Positions 40,004 to 54,756 of a stretch of DNA of 64,000 nucleotides are shown here, in pieces. Source of the DNA: Parasitella parasitica NRRL 2501 (Eukaryota; Fungi; Mucoromycota); the NCBI GenBank assembly GCA_025201805.1, contig MU619253.1, positions 274,002 to 338,001 on the forward strand. Reading direction: 5' to 3'. A program made the position numbers and the translations under genes. Position 1 is the first letter of the stretch. Each line of letters starts with the position of its first letter. Below the pieces are notes generated by a model. The model was not told where the DNA came from. It saw only the letters and a program-made list of their open reading frames with translations, and made no database searches.

Positions 40004-41402
40004 TTAAAAGGTTAATTCTAAGAGTGCTTGTTTAATAGGGATAGCGTCTTCTTCCTCTTGGAACTCGATATCGTATTGTGAACCGACATGCTTGAACAAA
40101 TGACAAAGCACAATTGTATATGATTGCGCCAGATGACTACATAGGACAGAATCTGCTACAATGCAAATATCCAAGTAGATGGGCTTGATGTTGGCATCAT
40201 TGCACCCATTAACCAACGCTTCCTCTAGCGCTTTGTAAGTGTGAACAAAGCTATAGTGCTTTTCTTTGGAAGTTGTTTGCAATAGCTGAACTTCCAAATC
40301 GGTGAAGGCTGATGCAATGCGCTTCAATGTCTCCTTATGCATTTGAATCCATACAGGTAGCTCACTGTTGTTTGTACGCCATCCTGTCACATGGGCCAAC
40401 CATGTCACACCAGCTAAAATTGCCAATCGTGGTAAAGCAACAAAGGCAATGGGGTCTAGAGTTTGAATAGCACCAACATCGAGTAAATATCGATCAATAG
40501 CACGATCTAACACTAGCGGTAGCAACTGTGTCATAGAATCGGTAAATAACGCAGGAGATAGTGGTATGTCATGAATTGTGTTGCGTTGAAGCAAATCGAC
40601 ATCCTGATTTCCAAACACGGTTTGTACATAACACCCGTATAGATTTTTTTCAAATATAGACCAATGGTGCTCAAATGCTGTCAAATAGGGCATCAGAGAC
40701 TGCAAAATACTTTGGTTTTTTTGACTCGAATAGAAACTAGACAGGCTTACAGAAGAAAATAGGCTCAAAAACCCTGTGCTTGTCTGCTGGTGTTGTTTTT
40801 GGATTAATCGATGAATGATTCGCCGTAATTGCTCCATAGACATCCATAATTCTGAAGCCAAAGGCTTTAACACACTTGTAAATTGCTCCAAATGACGTAC
40901 ATGACATTGCCTATGCAATACTTGGGCAGCAAACCAGATTGGCTCACTAAACCTTTTGGTTGTATCGATGAGGTGTTTGTGCAGGATATGGCATGTATCT
41001 AAAAAGATACGCTGTTGGCGATGTACGTGATCTACGACATGTTGATGTGATTCTTGATTTAGTTTGGTACTTTGATTTAACTTTAATGTGCTGTTGACCC
41101 ACTGTTCATCTGTTTTATGCATCTCTTAGTCGACTTAACATGACATTATATAGTTAAATTTTCTTACCAGCATGATATAATAATGATAAAATGTTCTCTC
41201 TTTGTAATTTGGGAGCTTTTTCATGTGACTTAAGGGGAAACTTTTTTATTGCCATTATACGAGCTAATGTCTCGGGAAACAATGGGCTTGTATGTTGCTG
41301 GGATAGCATGGCTTTTTCGCCTTGAGGAGGCGATTCATTTCCGGATTGATAGTTCATTGCTAGTTTGACAGTGTAGATAATAAAGGGGTCCAATTGAGGC
41401 AT
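40004..41402 (-). CDS. Lst2/ZFYVE28 N-terminal-domain-like protein without FYVE finger
   Basis: LLSLLYHA/LSLLYHA-type start, EPIWFAAQVL, AFEHHWSIFE, DPIAFVALPRLAILAG resemble Lst2 motifs. Confidence 0.55.
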
Positions 41403-43692
41403 ATTGAGAGCAATTTTTTTTGGGGGTAAAGAAAAAAAAAGAAAGAGGAAAAAACAATATCCCTCCAAAAAAAAACTGAAAAAGTGAAAAAAAAAAAAAA
41501 AAAAAAAGTTAAATGACAATACAAAAGTGCATGCATATCACCAAGATCTTAAAAGATACCTCCTTTTTTTCTGTCTATTTTCATGAAAAAAGGATGTGTT
41601 CTGTTTGCTTTGTAAATCACATCCTCCCTTTTTTTGTATCCTATGGATAAACACTCGTTATGGAGAAGACGACCTACCCGGTGGTATAATTATGGTGCTC
41701 GATTGAGCGAAATCATTGGTAAATGAACATCTCAAATGGGCAAAAATAAGGGGTACCAGTAATTTTTAAGGTCGTCTTATTTTTGGAGGAAACCATTTCG
41801 CGCTTAAAAATAACAAAATTTGAGACTTGGCAAGTATCATTTACACATTATAGGAAATAATGCCTCCTCGGTTCGAAAAAAGTTATTAGTTTCAGCCTTT
41901 AGAAACAAAATAAGGGGCGAAAGAGCTACTATTGGTGTTCTCGCATTATCAGAACGAACAAATGCAATATTGATTTTAGCTTCTAAAGTTTGACTAGTAG
42001 GATTCAGAGTGTACTGAAGATATAAAAGTGAAAGGTGCAAAATCAAGCCAAGGTTCTTTTACTTTATATAATGCTCTACCTTGCTCTTTATGCATTTTTT
42101 GTATAGCAAAGTAAAGCTATTCGTTTATTGCAAACAAATTTTTTTGTTATATAATTTGTCTAACAATGCTCTATGAATGATTTTTTAAAGATGTCCAAAT
42201 ATTTCCTTTGTCATACATGTCAAGAAAATTCGGAACACTTCTTACTGGTATTAATGAAGTAACTTGTCCGTTTATGATATTTGACAATTCATTTTTTTAT
42301 ATGAAAAGCTTGGTTGGACTGAATACGCAATTATAAAATGGTAAAGGCAACATGCTGGATCAATTAGGAAGTTTTGATATTTCTGACTTTTTTTTTTTTT
42401 TTTTTTTTTTTTTTNNNNNNNNNNCTCAATAGAAGATATTGAAGCCGAATTTAAAGCTTCTTTATGATAATACTGACAAATAAAAATACAGATGGAACAT
42501 TTATTTTCTCTCTTTTTTTTTAAAAAAAAAATTTGCTTATTGATTGAGCCACGTATCCTAAGAGTAAATAGTCATAGGGAAGAGGTGGGTGCAATTTAAA
42601 GATATTTCTGACTTGCGCTATGTACCCATTTTGTTTCTGCGTCAAATAAAGAGAATATTTGATTTCTTTCCGTCTAAAATGCAGCATTATGTACGTACAT
42701 ATCTACTCTTGAGATATGGATTGTCTACTTAGTTTCTCTCTTCTAACAGCTCTGGCATTTTAAAAACAGAATTGGGCAACTCGTTGATAGGCCATATGAT
42801 GATTGGATCAATGGCAAATTATTTTCTTACGCACTTGTGTAAGTAATTGATATTGCAGATGATGCCATAAGGTGTCGAGGAGAACGAAATGCTTGGACTG
42901 GAACAGCTGTAATGCTTTCAAATCGACCAATCATGTTTATGCATTGTTTATGCTGTATTTAAACATGCTTTTTAAAATCAAAGTTGGATTACGCTTAGCT
43001 ATAAATTATACCTGTAGGCACAAACATAATTATAAAGTATATCAGGTACCAAATTAGTAGTGAATTCCAAGTTCTGCATCTGATAGTCAATAACTGCTAT
43101 GAGACTACATTCTCAACTTTTTCAGTGCTGGCAGAGCTGATGATGTTTATTGTTGGTTGGTGCAGATCATTAGAAATTAGGCTTTGTTTATTCCTGCTAT
43201 AACATCAAAGAGTTTTAATCAACAGAACAAATTATCGGCAAATAATTATTTTAAACAAACATTCACATGACATGGCCTGTTTTCATTTATAATGTCGAAT
43301 CAAGTCCTTTGCAAGTGGAATTATTTGATCCTACTCATTGTTCTTGTTTCACTAACAAGCCACGCTCTTGAACTTAGGTAACATCTATCGAGCCTAGCTT
43401 CATCCGCATTAAGCAAATACACTCTACAGTGGTTTATTCAATTATTACAATATAAAGATAACTAAAGACTATATCTTTGAGTACATTTCATAACTGGAAC
43501 TAGACATTTTGTTCAATGTTATATAACATGCTCAGCTGCCAAGGCCACACAAACTGTTGGCAATCGTACTTCTATTTTTAGATGGCCAATTGAAGAATCA
43601 ATAACCAAGGATTTTTTCTTTTAAAAACACCAGGCATTTCTTTAACATCACAAGATTAACTCTTTCTTTTTCTTCCGTTAAATTAATCAAAA

Positions 43693-44066
43693 ATGGACAA
43701 CAAAGGATACGGTCAACAGCAACCACCCCAGTATTTTTCTCCTCCTCCGCAACAATCTTACAGTGGCCCTCCACAACAATCTTATAGTGGCCCTCCGCAA
43801 CAATCTTACAGCGGTCAACATTATAATCAATCACAACAGCAACCTTATTACTCGGAACAACCGCAATATCATCAAACATATACATCACAACCACCGCCAA
43901 ATCCTGTCTATATTCAACAACAACAAGAGCGTAAGAATGATAGCTCCATGTGTCTTGGGTGGTGAGAAGAATGAGAGGCTATGTAAAGAATGCAGAATTC
44001 TAATGTCTTTTTTTTTTTAGTTTGGCTGCCTTGTGTTTCTGTTGTGCTTTGGATGCTATTTGTTAA
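43693..44066 (+). CDS. CYSTM-family cysteine-rich tail-anchored membrane protein
   Basis: P/Q/Y-rich repeats (PPQQSYSG x3); spliced C-terminus MCLGCLAALCFCCALDAIC*. Confidence 0.88.
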
Positions 44067-44512
44067 TTGATCTCAACTCTCTTTTACATTATAATGTATA
44101 AACATGGCTATTATCTTTTCTTTACTAATTATTGGATGAATGTCAAATAATAAACAAAAAAGTGTGCAAACATAGTTTTGAATGGTCAGACTAAACGTCT
44201 AATTTCAACTAAGTGGTGGGGAGGCAATGAATGACTTACTAGGTTGGCTATTTGTTTATATGATAAGAACAGAGGGCAAAACGAATAGCGCAGTGCATTA
44301 GTAATGCATATTTCTCAATGTGATGAAAGAACTACATACCAAAAACTACAAGTTCACACACAAATAGTTCAAAAATTATGATGTCTTATGTCTACTTTGG
44401 CTGCGTTGACATATTTTGGAAATTCATGATGCGTTGAATACAGGTATTTAAGTCGGATATAAACATGTACATGGTCAAGATATAACAAACAAACTTGAGT
44501 AATGTTATTTGA

Positions 44513-45691
<1,179 letters not shown>

Positions 45692-45734
45692 AATAAAAAG
45701 ACGCAGAAGACCATAGTAATAATAACAAACCGGA

Positions 45735-46991
45735 TTACTTGGATGGTGCCAATCCCACACGGTTGTTACCGAGGTCGTAAACGCTATAGAATTTACGTAA
45801 AAAGACATCGCCGACAATCCAGAGAGGGCCAGCAGGTGCAGGGATATCCATTCCCATGAAACCAGAAATGCACTGATTTTGAACATTGAGAACGTAGTCT
45901 TCGCCAGTAAGACAAAAATCTTTTCCACTAAATACAAAGCAGAATTCAGGTAAATCTGGTACTTTCGCACAATCCAAAACGTATTGACCAGCCCAATTCT
46001 TTTCAGCGCCTAATTCGTGGTTTATCAAATCAGCAATAGTGGTAGGAGCAACCAACAGAGAGCTGCCAGTGTCAATGGCAGCACCGACGGGATCTAATTC
46101 AATATACTCGCCACCGAACTTAATATCTTCCATTGTGATTTCCCAGTAGCCCTTGCGACGAATGTCTGACCAGATCAATTCACCTTTATAGTGACTGGGA
46201 TCAGTGGCGCCAAAGATAAGTTCGCCACCTTCAGCGCCCTCGCCTGCATCATTCAACCAGAAACTAAATAAGGGCTCGTCGATAAGATCACGATTAACCA
46301 TGTGATAAAAAGGTGGGACAGTGTGCTGAACAGAAATAGTGTCGTAGCCAAGGCCTAGGATACCGTCAAACTTGGCAAAAGCAAATGTGAATCCAGGTTC
46401 TTTTACGGATTCAGCGAAGCCTTGGTTTTCAATTCTAATGCCACCCAAAGTTAGGGTATCTTCACTGATAAAGCCTTCCAAAGCGCCAGTACCATAACGG
46501 ATGGAGAACTCTGTGCCATTCTCTGAGAAAGATTGTGATTTTTGAGAATCATATCGTTTATGCAAGAAGCAAGCAATGGAGCTACAATGAGTCGACGGTA
46601 CCCATAAATTGGAAGAACCAGTATCAAACACAACAGTAAATGTTTGAGGAGGTGACCCTAGTTGGATATCACCATAATATTGAGCATTCATGTAGTTGGA
46701 CAAGGGAACACCATGCTGAGCACTTCCGTCTGCCTCAACTTGGAAAGTTTCCAAAGATTGGCTACGCTGAGAGGATTTGAAGTATTTTTGAGTTAGATAC
46801 TCTCCAGTATGGGAGTATCTTTGAAGTCTTTCTGACGGTGTTTCATGAATTTTTTTGATTGGAATTCTGTAAAACAAGTTAATTCTTACAGCCTTATTAT
46901 GAGCACGTCGATAATAATACCTGGTAACAGCAGCTTCAGTAACAACCGACAAGACAGCTACTACAACTGCAGATAAGGTGAAGAATTTCAT
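45735..46991 (-). CDS. PEP4: Vacuolar aspartic protease (proteinase A); 54-nt in-frame intron 46867-46920
   Basis: Signal peptide; FDTGSSNLWVPS and IDTGSS catalytic motifs; WIVGDVFLR. Confidence 0.93.
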   Translation of the reverse strand: MKFFTLSAVVVAVLSVVTEAAVTRYYYRRAHNKAVRINLFYRIPIKKIHETPSERLQRYSHTGEYLTQKYFKSSQRSQSLETFQVEADGSAQHGVPLSNYMNAQYYGDIQLGSPPQTFTVVFDTGSSNLWVPSTHCSSIACFLHKRYDSQKSQSFSENGTEFSIRYGTGALEGFISEDTLTLGGIRIENQGFAESVKEPGFTFAFAKFDGILGLGYDTISVQHTVPPFYHMVNRDLIDEPLFSFWLNDAGEGAEGGELIFGATDPSHYKGELIWSDIRRKGYWEITMEDIKFGGEYIELDPVGAAIDTGSSLLVAPTTIADLINHELGAEKNWAGQYVLDCAKVPDLPEFCFVFSGKDFCLTGEDYVLNVQNQCISGFMGMDIPAPAGPLWIVGDVFLRKFYSVYDLGNNRVGLAPSK

Positions 46992-47348
46992 TTTTCAGTC
47001 TTGGCAAAAGGAAAAAAAATAAAGTGAAGAAAAGAGAGAGTCTTCTTCAATTTTATCCCACACACTTTTATATTGAATGTGAATGATCAGTTGATCCTTT
47101 TTTTTGCTAAACACAACAATCATGCGTTGCTTGTGTGATGTCATTTACAGCCGTAAAACTGCAGTGTGAAGTTTGATGTTGAGAAAATAGATATTAAATC
47201 AAATACGAAAAAAGGGAAGCCATATACCTGATTTCTAAGCTTTTTCTTTTTATCAAGTCATGGTATACTGATGTCTTCCAGCAATGTTTCCGTCATATGA
47301 TGATTGTTATGAGAAAAGGAGAAAAATGAGCGTTTCAAAGTTGTTTTT

Positions 47349-49344
47349 TTATTTCATATTCATAATTCTGCTATCGCGATTAGTATAACCGCGTCCTCTG
47401 CCTCCTCTTCCTGTATTGGGCTTGTTAATGACTAATTTGTTGCCACGGTAGATTGTGCCGTTTTTAGTCAAAGCCTCTTCCAACGTGTACTGATCTTGGA
47501 AATCAACATAGCAATGAGCTTTTGGCAACTGCGTTGTTTGATCAATGGGGAATTTAACGCCAATGACATTTTCATGACCAAAATATTCTCTGATGTCTTC
47601 CTCAGATACAGTAGTATTAGATAATCCACCAACGTATGCAGTGTAGGGGTTTCGTTGCTAATAGAAAGCATGGTTAAATTATGTTCTCGGTTTTATAAAT
47701 GCCTGATAACTACCATGCTTTGTCGTCTAGAGTTTCGATTGGTATTATAATTGTTGGTATCAGCTGTATCTTTCTGTTCGTATGTACTATTTCTGTATTG
47801 GTTTGGCTTTTCTGCTGCAGAGTTAGAAGATGGAGCTGGAGAGGCTAATTGTTGCTGCTGTTGTTTTTGCTTGCGGTAAGAGAAATTAAGGCCATAAGAT
47901 CTCATTTCAGAGGCCATTATACCTTGATGAACATCGAATAACAGTGACCCATAAGCAGCATCAGGCAAGTTGAAATTCCACATGTTTTTGTAGGCTAACT
48001 CGTCTCTTTCCCAACTAGAGGCTTGAGATGAACTCTCCTCGAGACATGCCAACGAAGGTGGGATGCGATTGACGACATCCAAAGCATGCTGCAGTAAAGA
48101 ATACTGTTCTTGACTGTATCCAAATTATAAGTACACAGTTGCAAATAAAAAAACTTGTAACATAGACTTACTCCACTGATTCCTCGACTTGCTCTTTGAT
48201 GGCATTCCATAATTGCATAAATAGCTCCTGTGACTGAATCAATCTGTTGCGGAAATGATCAATCTCGGGCTGACAAGCAAATTCGTTATAAGCAATATTA
48301 TAACGAAAATGTAAGCCTGCTGAAATGGTGAAGTCAGCATGCAATGTGAGAGCAAGTTGGGCTAATAAACCCTCTCTGCCAGGGCTTGCATGGGTCACCA
48401 ACATTCTGGTTTCAGTAGGATCATAGACTTGCAAGGCTAATTTTACCAGCTCACCAATCTGTAAAGCAGTTGTCCACATCACACCCAAACCGCCGGCAAT
48501 TGTATCTGTGCCTTTTTATTTTTATTACGAGAAATATGAATAAGCCAATATTACTTGAAAGGGTTGCATTTGTCAAGTTACCTTCTCCATTATCGAATAA
48601 TTTGTGTTGAACGACAGCTCCCCCTAAGCCAAATAAACGCAAACTGACACCGCCTACCTCAAGTACATGTGTTGAAGCTTCGTCCAACAAAAATAGGTTA
48701 TGGATATGATACTCCTTACTACGGAACTTTTCGATGATAGCCACGTCTTCACAGGCCCCCCAAACTGTATATACAGGTACATCAAGCGTTTTGATGCCAG
48801 CTAAAAATTCAGAGAATTCGGATAGAAGAGTATGAGGTGAGCTTTCCAATGTACTATAAATTTGCTCAGGGCTGGAGGCTAATAAGCTAGTACGAGTTTT
48901 TGTAGGGACCAATGTAGTGTACTGAATCCAGTGTTTAAGGGGCCTATATATTGACTTAAGTATATTTTTTCGTTTTTTCATGTTTTGATAAAAGGGTTAC
49001 CTTTCGCCTATTCTATTCAAACTAGATTTATCTATTGTTTCATTTTTGCGTGGTTGTTAGAGAGAAGGTGTCCGAAATAAAGATGCGAAAGACGTTACCA
49101 TAGAAACCAAAATCACCAGTGTGAATAATGTATTGCGCGTTAAATTCTCGAGCAAGTCTATTTAATTCAGAAATGTGTCCTGTTTTGTTTAGTTGAACAC
49201 TTAGTTCTTGTTTCCTTTCCACGTTTTTTATTGCACGTAGCGTAGCTTACAAAAAGCATTTAGATTTTGTGATAACATACCTCGAACATCGGCTGTACAT
49301 AATATTCGCTTCCCATCAATAGAATGTATGTTTATATCGCTCAT
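47349..49344 (-). CDS. Calcineurin-like metallophosphoesterase/DUF2433 protein with C-terminal RRM and RGG tail
   Basis: ILCTADVRG, IHTGDFGFY, VWGACED, THASPGREG, ISAGLHFRY; last exon AYVGGL..AHCYVDF..GRGGRGRG. Confidence 0.82.
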
Positions 49345-49756
49345 TGTTATATCAGGATTATATTTTAGATAACAAGAAAGAAAAGAACAGCCGCATTTCA
49401 AGGAGGTAGCATACCCTCTCAAAGGTTGTGTGAGGGGTTTAAAAGAGTGTTACGCACACATACAATTTGTATATTTGAGGATTAACCTGTTTTATCAAAA
49501 CATGATATTGGCAAATCTTCGTTGATACTAATAAATGCAAACTTGTATGCAAGTTTCTACAGATGCTTTTAATTTTGTAGCATTACTCTAATCTCCTAGA
49601 TGACCTGCCCAGATGTTTTCCCTTGCAAAATATATGGGAGTGTATATGGGTCAGAATGAGAAGAGTTTAATCTGAATATAATACATATGAAATTTAATGC
49701 AATGAGTAAGATTTGATGAGGGTATAGACTATATGTGACTGACAAGGAAGAAGCCT

Positions 49757-50698
49757 TCAATAATATACATAATTGATGCCGCAAGAAACATGTATTAGCA
49801 TTCCAGCCAAAATACCTAATAGCATTTTAGATTTGATGAAAGAAAAGAAAATGAATTACTTTACCCAGCTGATGTCTTCTGGTAAAAACAGATTCTCTGA
49901 CCCAGAATAAGCACAGCACGCCTAAAAAGCAGCCTAGTAATAAACCACATATCATTTCTTTTATTGAGCCTTGTGCAGCTATACAGGTGCAAGATTTTAG
50001 ATGCTATTATGAGTATTTGAAAGGCAATATGTCCGCTTACATCCTTCTGGCAATCTCCTGCCAGTGTGTTCCATCCATTCTTCTTCCAGCTGTATTTCTT
50101 GGGTACTAGGTTGTTCTGTGATTCGCATTTAGATTGATTGAAACCTTATATTGATTGCTTGTAAATATACCTCCATCGACATAAGTTGAAAATTGTTGCA
50201 TTTGATGGAATTGCAACCGTATCGAACGAATCTCCTCATCATTATAGCCAGATTCACGTAATTTATCAAACCCAGACATAGACTACCAATACCATTTGTG
50301 AAAAATTAATATCGAGCCTAAAGTGGGATCATCCAAGTAATCTTTACATCATTTTTAGTTGTTGTTTCAACATGGTAGATCAAATTTGTTGGTATAATTG
50401 GGTCTGATAAAGCGCAATGAATAAAGGCGTTCTGTTGAAAAACACCGTATTCTGACAATGTATATAAATCATTATTTAAAAGCTGCCCTTGATGTATCAA
50501 ACGAATGGCTTTTTTAGACGTTAGTTCAAAAGCATTTTTGCGAATCTGTGTCATGTTGGTTGAGATTATATAGACATATTTTATTACATAACTTACTATT
50601 TGCTTAATGCGCCCAATATTATCACCAGCCAGTGATACTTTCAATGGTAAATCCTGGCCATTATTCAAGCGGATACGTATGTCTGTCAATTCTTTCAT
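49757..50698 (-). CDS. Dsc3-like DSC E3 ligase complex subunit (UBL plus C-terminal TM domain)
   Basis: IRLIHQGQLL..FIHCALSD; GFDKLRESGYNDEEIRSIRLQFH; EEEWMD; GLLLGCFLGVLCLFW. Confidence 0.8.
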
Positions 50699-50907
50699 TT
50701 TGGTTTTTAACGAGAAAAAGAAAGACAATACAATCTAGAAACGCGGCTGTTTAAATCAGCATGGGATTTTTTCTTGCCAGACATTGCCCAACAAAAAACT
50801 GTATTACATACACCCACACATATTTTCTGGATACATTTTCCCCTTAGTATTCCTTTTTTTCCCTTTTTCTCTTGTCTGTCTTCGCACATTTTAATATTAA
50901 TTATAAC

Positions 50908-53244
50908 ATGCCAAGTGCATTAATAACAATTATAGGTAAAAATAAAAAAAAAGAAGTTATGCTTTCAGAATAGTTAAATGAAAATAATTCTATAATAATG
51001 TGAATCTATAGATGGAGCGTGTAGTCCTGCGCGTTATGAACCTGAATTAAGTCTCAATCTCGAGATTTGTGAAATGATCAACAAGAAGGAAGGTTCAGCG
51101 TATGTATATAAAAATCTAAATACTTGAAAACACTAATGATAAGCAGGCCCAGAGAAGCTGCCTCTGCTATCGTCAAATTAGTCAACAGTAAGAACTTGAA
51201 CCAGGCTATGTTGGCTCTCACTGTAAGCGATTGCTGAAATAAAATGAGATAAAAATGAAGTATCTAATGGCTCTTTAGTTACTAGATAATTGTGTCAAGA
51301 ACTGTGGGTATCCTTTTCATCTTCAAATAGCTTCTAAAGAATTCTTGAATGAATTGGTTCGCAAATTTCCTGAGCGTCCTGCTGTATGTTGTAAACCACT
51401 TTTTCGTTTTTGTCAGATGCTAATTCGACCTGTTTAATGTTAGCCTTTTCCTAGTCCTGTAGTTCAGCGGATTCTTTATTTCATTAAAGAATGGAAGGTT
51501 GCATTAACTGACATGTCTAGACACAAAGACGACCTTGTTCATATCAAAGACATGTATAGATTACTGAGATTCAAAGGTAATCCACCTAAACCCATCCGCC
51601 ATGATGTTAACGGTAGCTTATATTACCATAGGCTATCGATTCCCTGAGCTGAGGGATTCTTCAGTTGCTGCATTAGCACCTTCAGATGTAAGCTATCATT
51701 ATCATCACGGGTAGTTTGATCGCCCTGAAACTCATTTAGAAAGTAGTCTTTGAAATCCGCTCATGAATTGGAGGAGGAGGACCGCGTTGCGCAATCAGCT
51801 GTCAGTAATCAAATCAATTTGAGCTTTCCAAGGCAAACTAAAACGAAAATTTGTTAGAAATTGCAAGAATTGATTCGTCGCGGTAGACCCCAAGATCTGA
51901 TTGAGGCCAATAAATTAATGAAAATCATGTCAGGATTTGTATGTTGAAAGAATAATATACGGATGGAAAAGGAAGGAAAACCAACATTTTTTATTGACCA
52001 GGATACTAGACAAACACCTGATTACAGTCAAAAATTTGAAGATGAGCTTCACAAGATTCAGGATAAGGCTATTTTATTATATGAAATGCTTGAAACTGTT
52101 AAACCTGGGGAAAACGTTGATAGAAACGAAACAATCATGGTATTATCCAAATCTATCTGAACTTGTAATGAGATTAACAATGCAAGTGCTTTTTAGGATT
52201 TGAAGAATGCATGCGCCAGCGCTCAGCCAAAGATTCAGAAGATGATTACAGAGGAGGAGGACAGTGATAAAATTGGTATACGGTGTAGCTTGATACACTT
52301 GAATCGACACACTGACTGCATTTCATAGAAAATCTTTTAACACTTAATGACATGATAAACAATGTGATGGCTAAGTTTGCCGATGTTAGGAAAGGACTGT
52401 ATGATACTCAATACGAGATTAGCGGAAAACCTCCCACTCAAGACAACAAAGCAACAAACGAACCTAGACAAGCCATCAGTTTAATTGACTTGGATGATGC
52501 ACCAGCTGTTTCATCTTCGACAGGCTCAACGAGTCCCAACAATAATGGTTCTTCATTGAGTGCCTTGAATGAATTATCTGATATTTTTGGTAGCAGTAGC
52601 ATTTCATCTCAACTCGGCTCGACATCTTCTCAGCCGACACAATTAAAGAAGACCAACGACATTTTTGATCTTTTGGGTATTCCTACTCAATCATCTCCTT
52701 TGAACTCTATCTCTGAGATTGCTTCTCCCTCCATTTCCAATATTATTCAAGAAACAGGTATTTTTACACGACTGGTGTTGCTGATTTAATGCTGACATCT
52801 CAACTTGTAGTCATACTAGTGAATAAAAACGGTTTACAGATTGAGTTACAATTGATGGACTCTCAAGATGGTAAATGCCAGATTACAGCCTACTTCTCAA
52901 ATCAATCTATTGCCCCCATGGAAAATTTAATGCTGAAATTAGCTGCACCTAAGGTAGGGTTTATAAAACAGCTTTTTTGGATTTGTTAATCAACACCATT
53001 ATAGTCTATGGAAATTAAAATGGAGCCTCAGTCCTCCCAAATCATACCTCCATCATCAGTTAAATCTGTCACCCAAAGCATCATTTTGAATAATCCAAAT
53101 AAGGTAAGGAAATCATAAATTATCAAAGAATTTGCGTTCTTACGAGCACTTTTCAAAAATCAGGAACCATTGCGTTTGAGGTATAAGGTTTCGTATAAAC
53201 AATTCGGCGTAGAAATGGAATTAACTGGCGACTTTAAAAAATAA
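50908..53244 (+). CDS. GGA clathrin adaptor (VHS-GAT-GAE), many introns
   Basis: LDNCVKNCGYPFHLQIASKEFLNELV, LQELIRRGRPQDLIEANKLMK, ISLIDLD clathrin box, LRLRYKVSY. Confidence 0.93.
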
Positions 53245-53363
53245 AAAATAAACCAAGCTCACATTTGCTGAAAAAAGGATTATATTAGCATTTTGTATAG
53301 AAAAAAAGTCTTGTTTGGAATATTATTTGGGTGGTTCGTTGGGTGTTTATACTTGTGTGAAAA

Positions 53364-54756
53364 TTAAGGCTTCGATCCAAATGTGGGATTTGCTCGACGG
53401 AAAGAAAACCCTTCTTGAGATTGTTGTTGCTGTTGTTTATCTGTTGTTGTTTCACGCTTGATTTCTTCCTTTGATGATTTAATCTTGGCCTCATGTTCAT
53501 TCTACATGATAATAATATAAATATAAGTGCCATATAAATATTTTTCAATGTCAAGACTTACGGCTTTGTAAATGGTCCAGTCAAAGACATAATCATAAGT
53601 GTATCCTTCTCTTACAAACAAATCTCTAAATAATTTACGAAGGTAAGAGTAATCAGGTTTATCATCGAAACGTAAAGAACGAGTGTAATTGAGATAGATG
53701 GCAAATTCACTTGGGAAACCACGACACAATAATTCGGTGGGGGTAGTCATTTTTTTCTCCATGATACGATCATACTTTTGTTTCTTCGTAGCTGCCTTCA
53801 ATCCTTGCCATGGCAAAGAGCCTCGGCAGAAGTACATGAGCACATAGCCTAGTGATTCCAAATCGTCACGTCTCGATTGTTCTATAACGAAGAACGTTAA
53901 CTAGTAAGTTTTGTAGTATGCTCTTTACTCAAACTTACCAACACCCAGATGTGTATTGATACTAGCATAACGTGCTGTACCAGTTAAATTTTTATTTTCT
54001 CTGTAGGGAATATGTAGAAGCGTACGAGGATCACGATACTTCTTTGCAAGCCCAAAATCAATGACATTGACCTGATTTCCCCTTTTTCCAATACCCATTA
54101 AAAAGTTATCAGGCTTTATGTCACGATGAATGAAATTTTTCGAATGGACATATTCAATACGAGAAAGCTACAAATTATAAATATAAGTATTATTAACGAA
54201 ATAGAAAAAAAAATAAGGAGAATGTTGGTCATAATACATATACAAACATGTATCATATAAGCTCCTTATTATATAAAATTCATTATATAGTTACCATTTG
54301 GTCTGCTAACAAGAGCACAGTCTTCAGCGAGAATTTACGATTACAGAAGTTGAATAGATCTTCAAGTGAGGCTATGCGTATAAATATGATTAGATATTTG
54401 TGACACGAATACAGGTAAATTATCCTATACGTACGTCCTAAAAGATCAATTACCATAGCATAATAATCACACTCGGCACCAAAGTATTTTACAAAAGGTA
54501 CACCAACACCACCAGATAATGCTTTATATACTTTGGCTTCGTATTCTAATTGCGGATGCTTAGCTTTTACAGATTCCAGTTTAATAGCAACTTCTTCTGC
54601 AGTGAGTATGTTTGTCCCTGTTATTTTCATAAAAAAGGTTTATAAGAAACAATGTTGAAAAACCAGTTTCTTTAACTTACCAAGATAGATATCACCAAAA
54701 GAACCTGCACCAATTTTCCTACCAATTTTATACTTATTTGCAACTCTTAAATCCAT
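53364..54756 (-). CDS. Casein kinase I (Hrr25/Hhp1-type)
   Basis: [51 protein letters not shown]; several paralogues are likely, so no symbol given. Confidence 0.96.
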
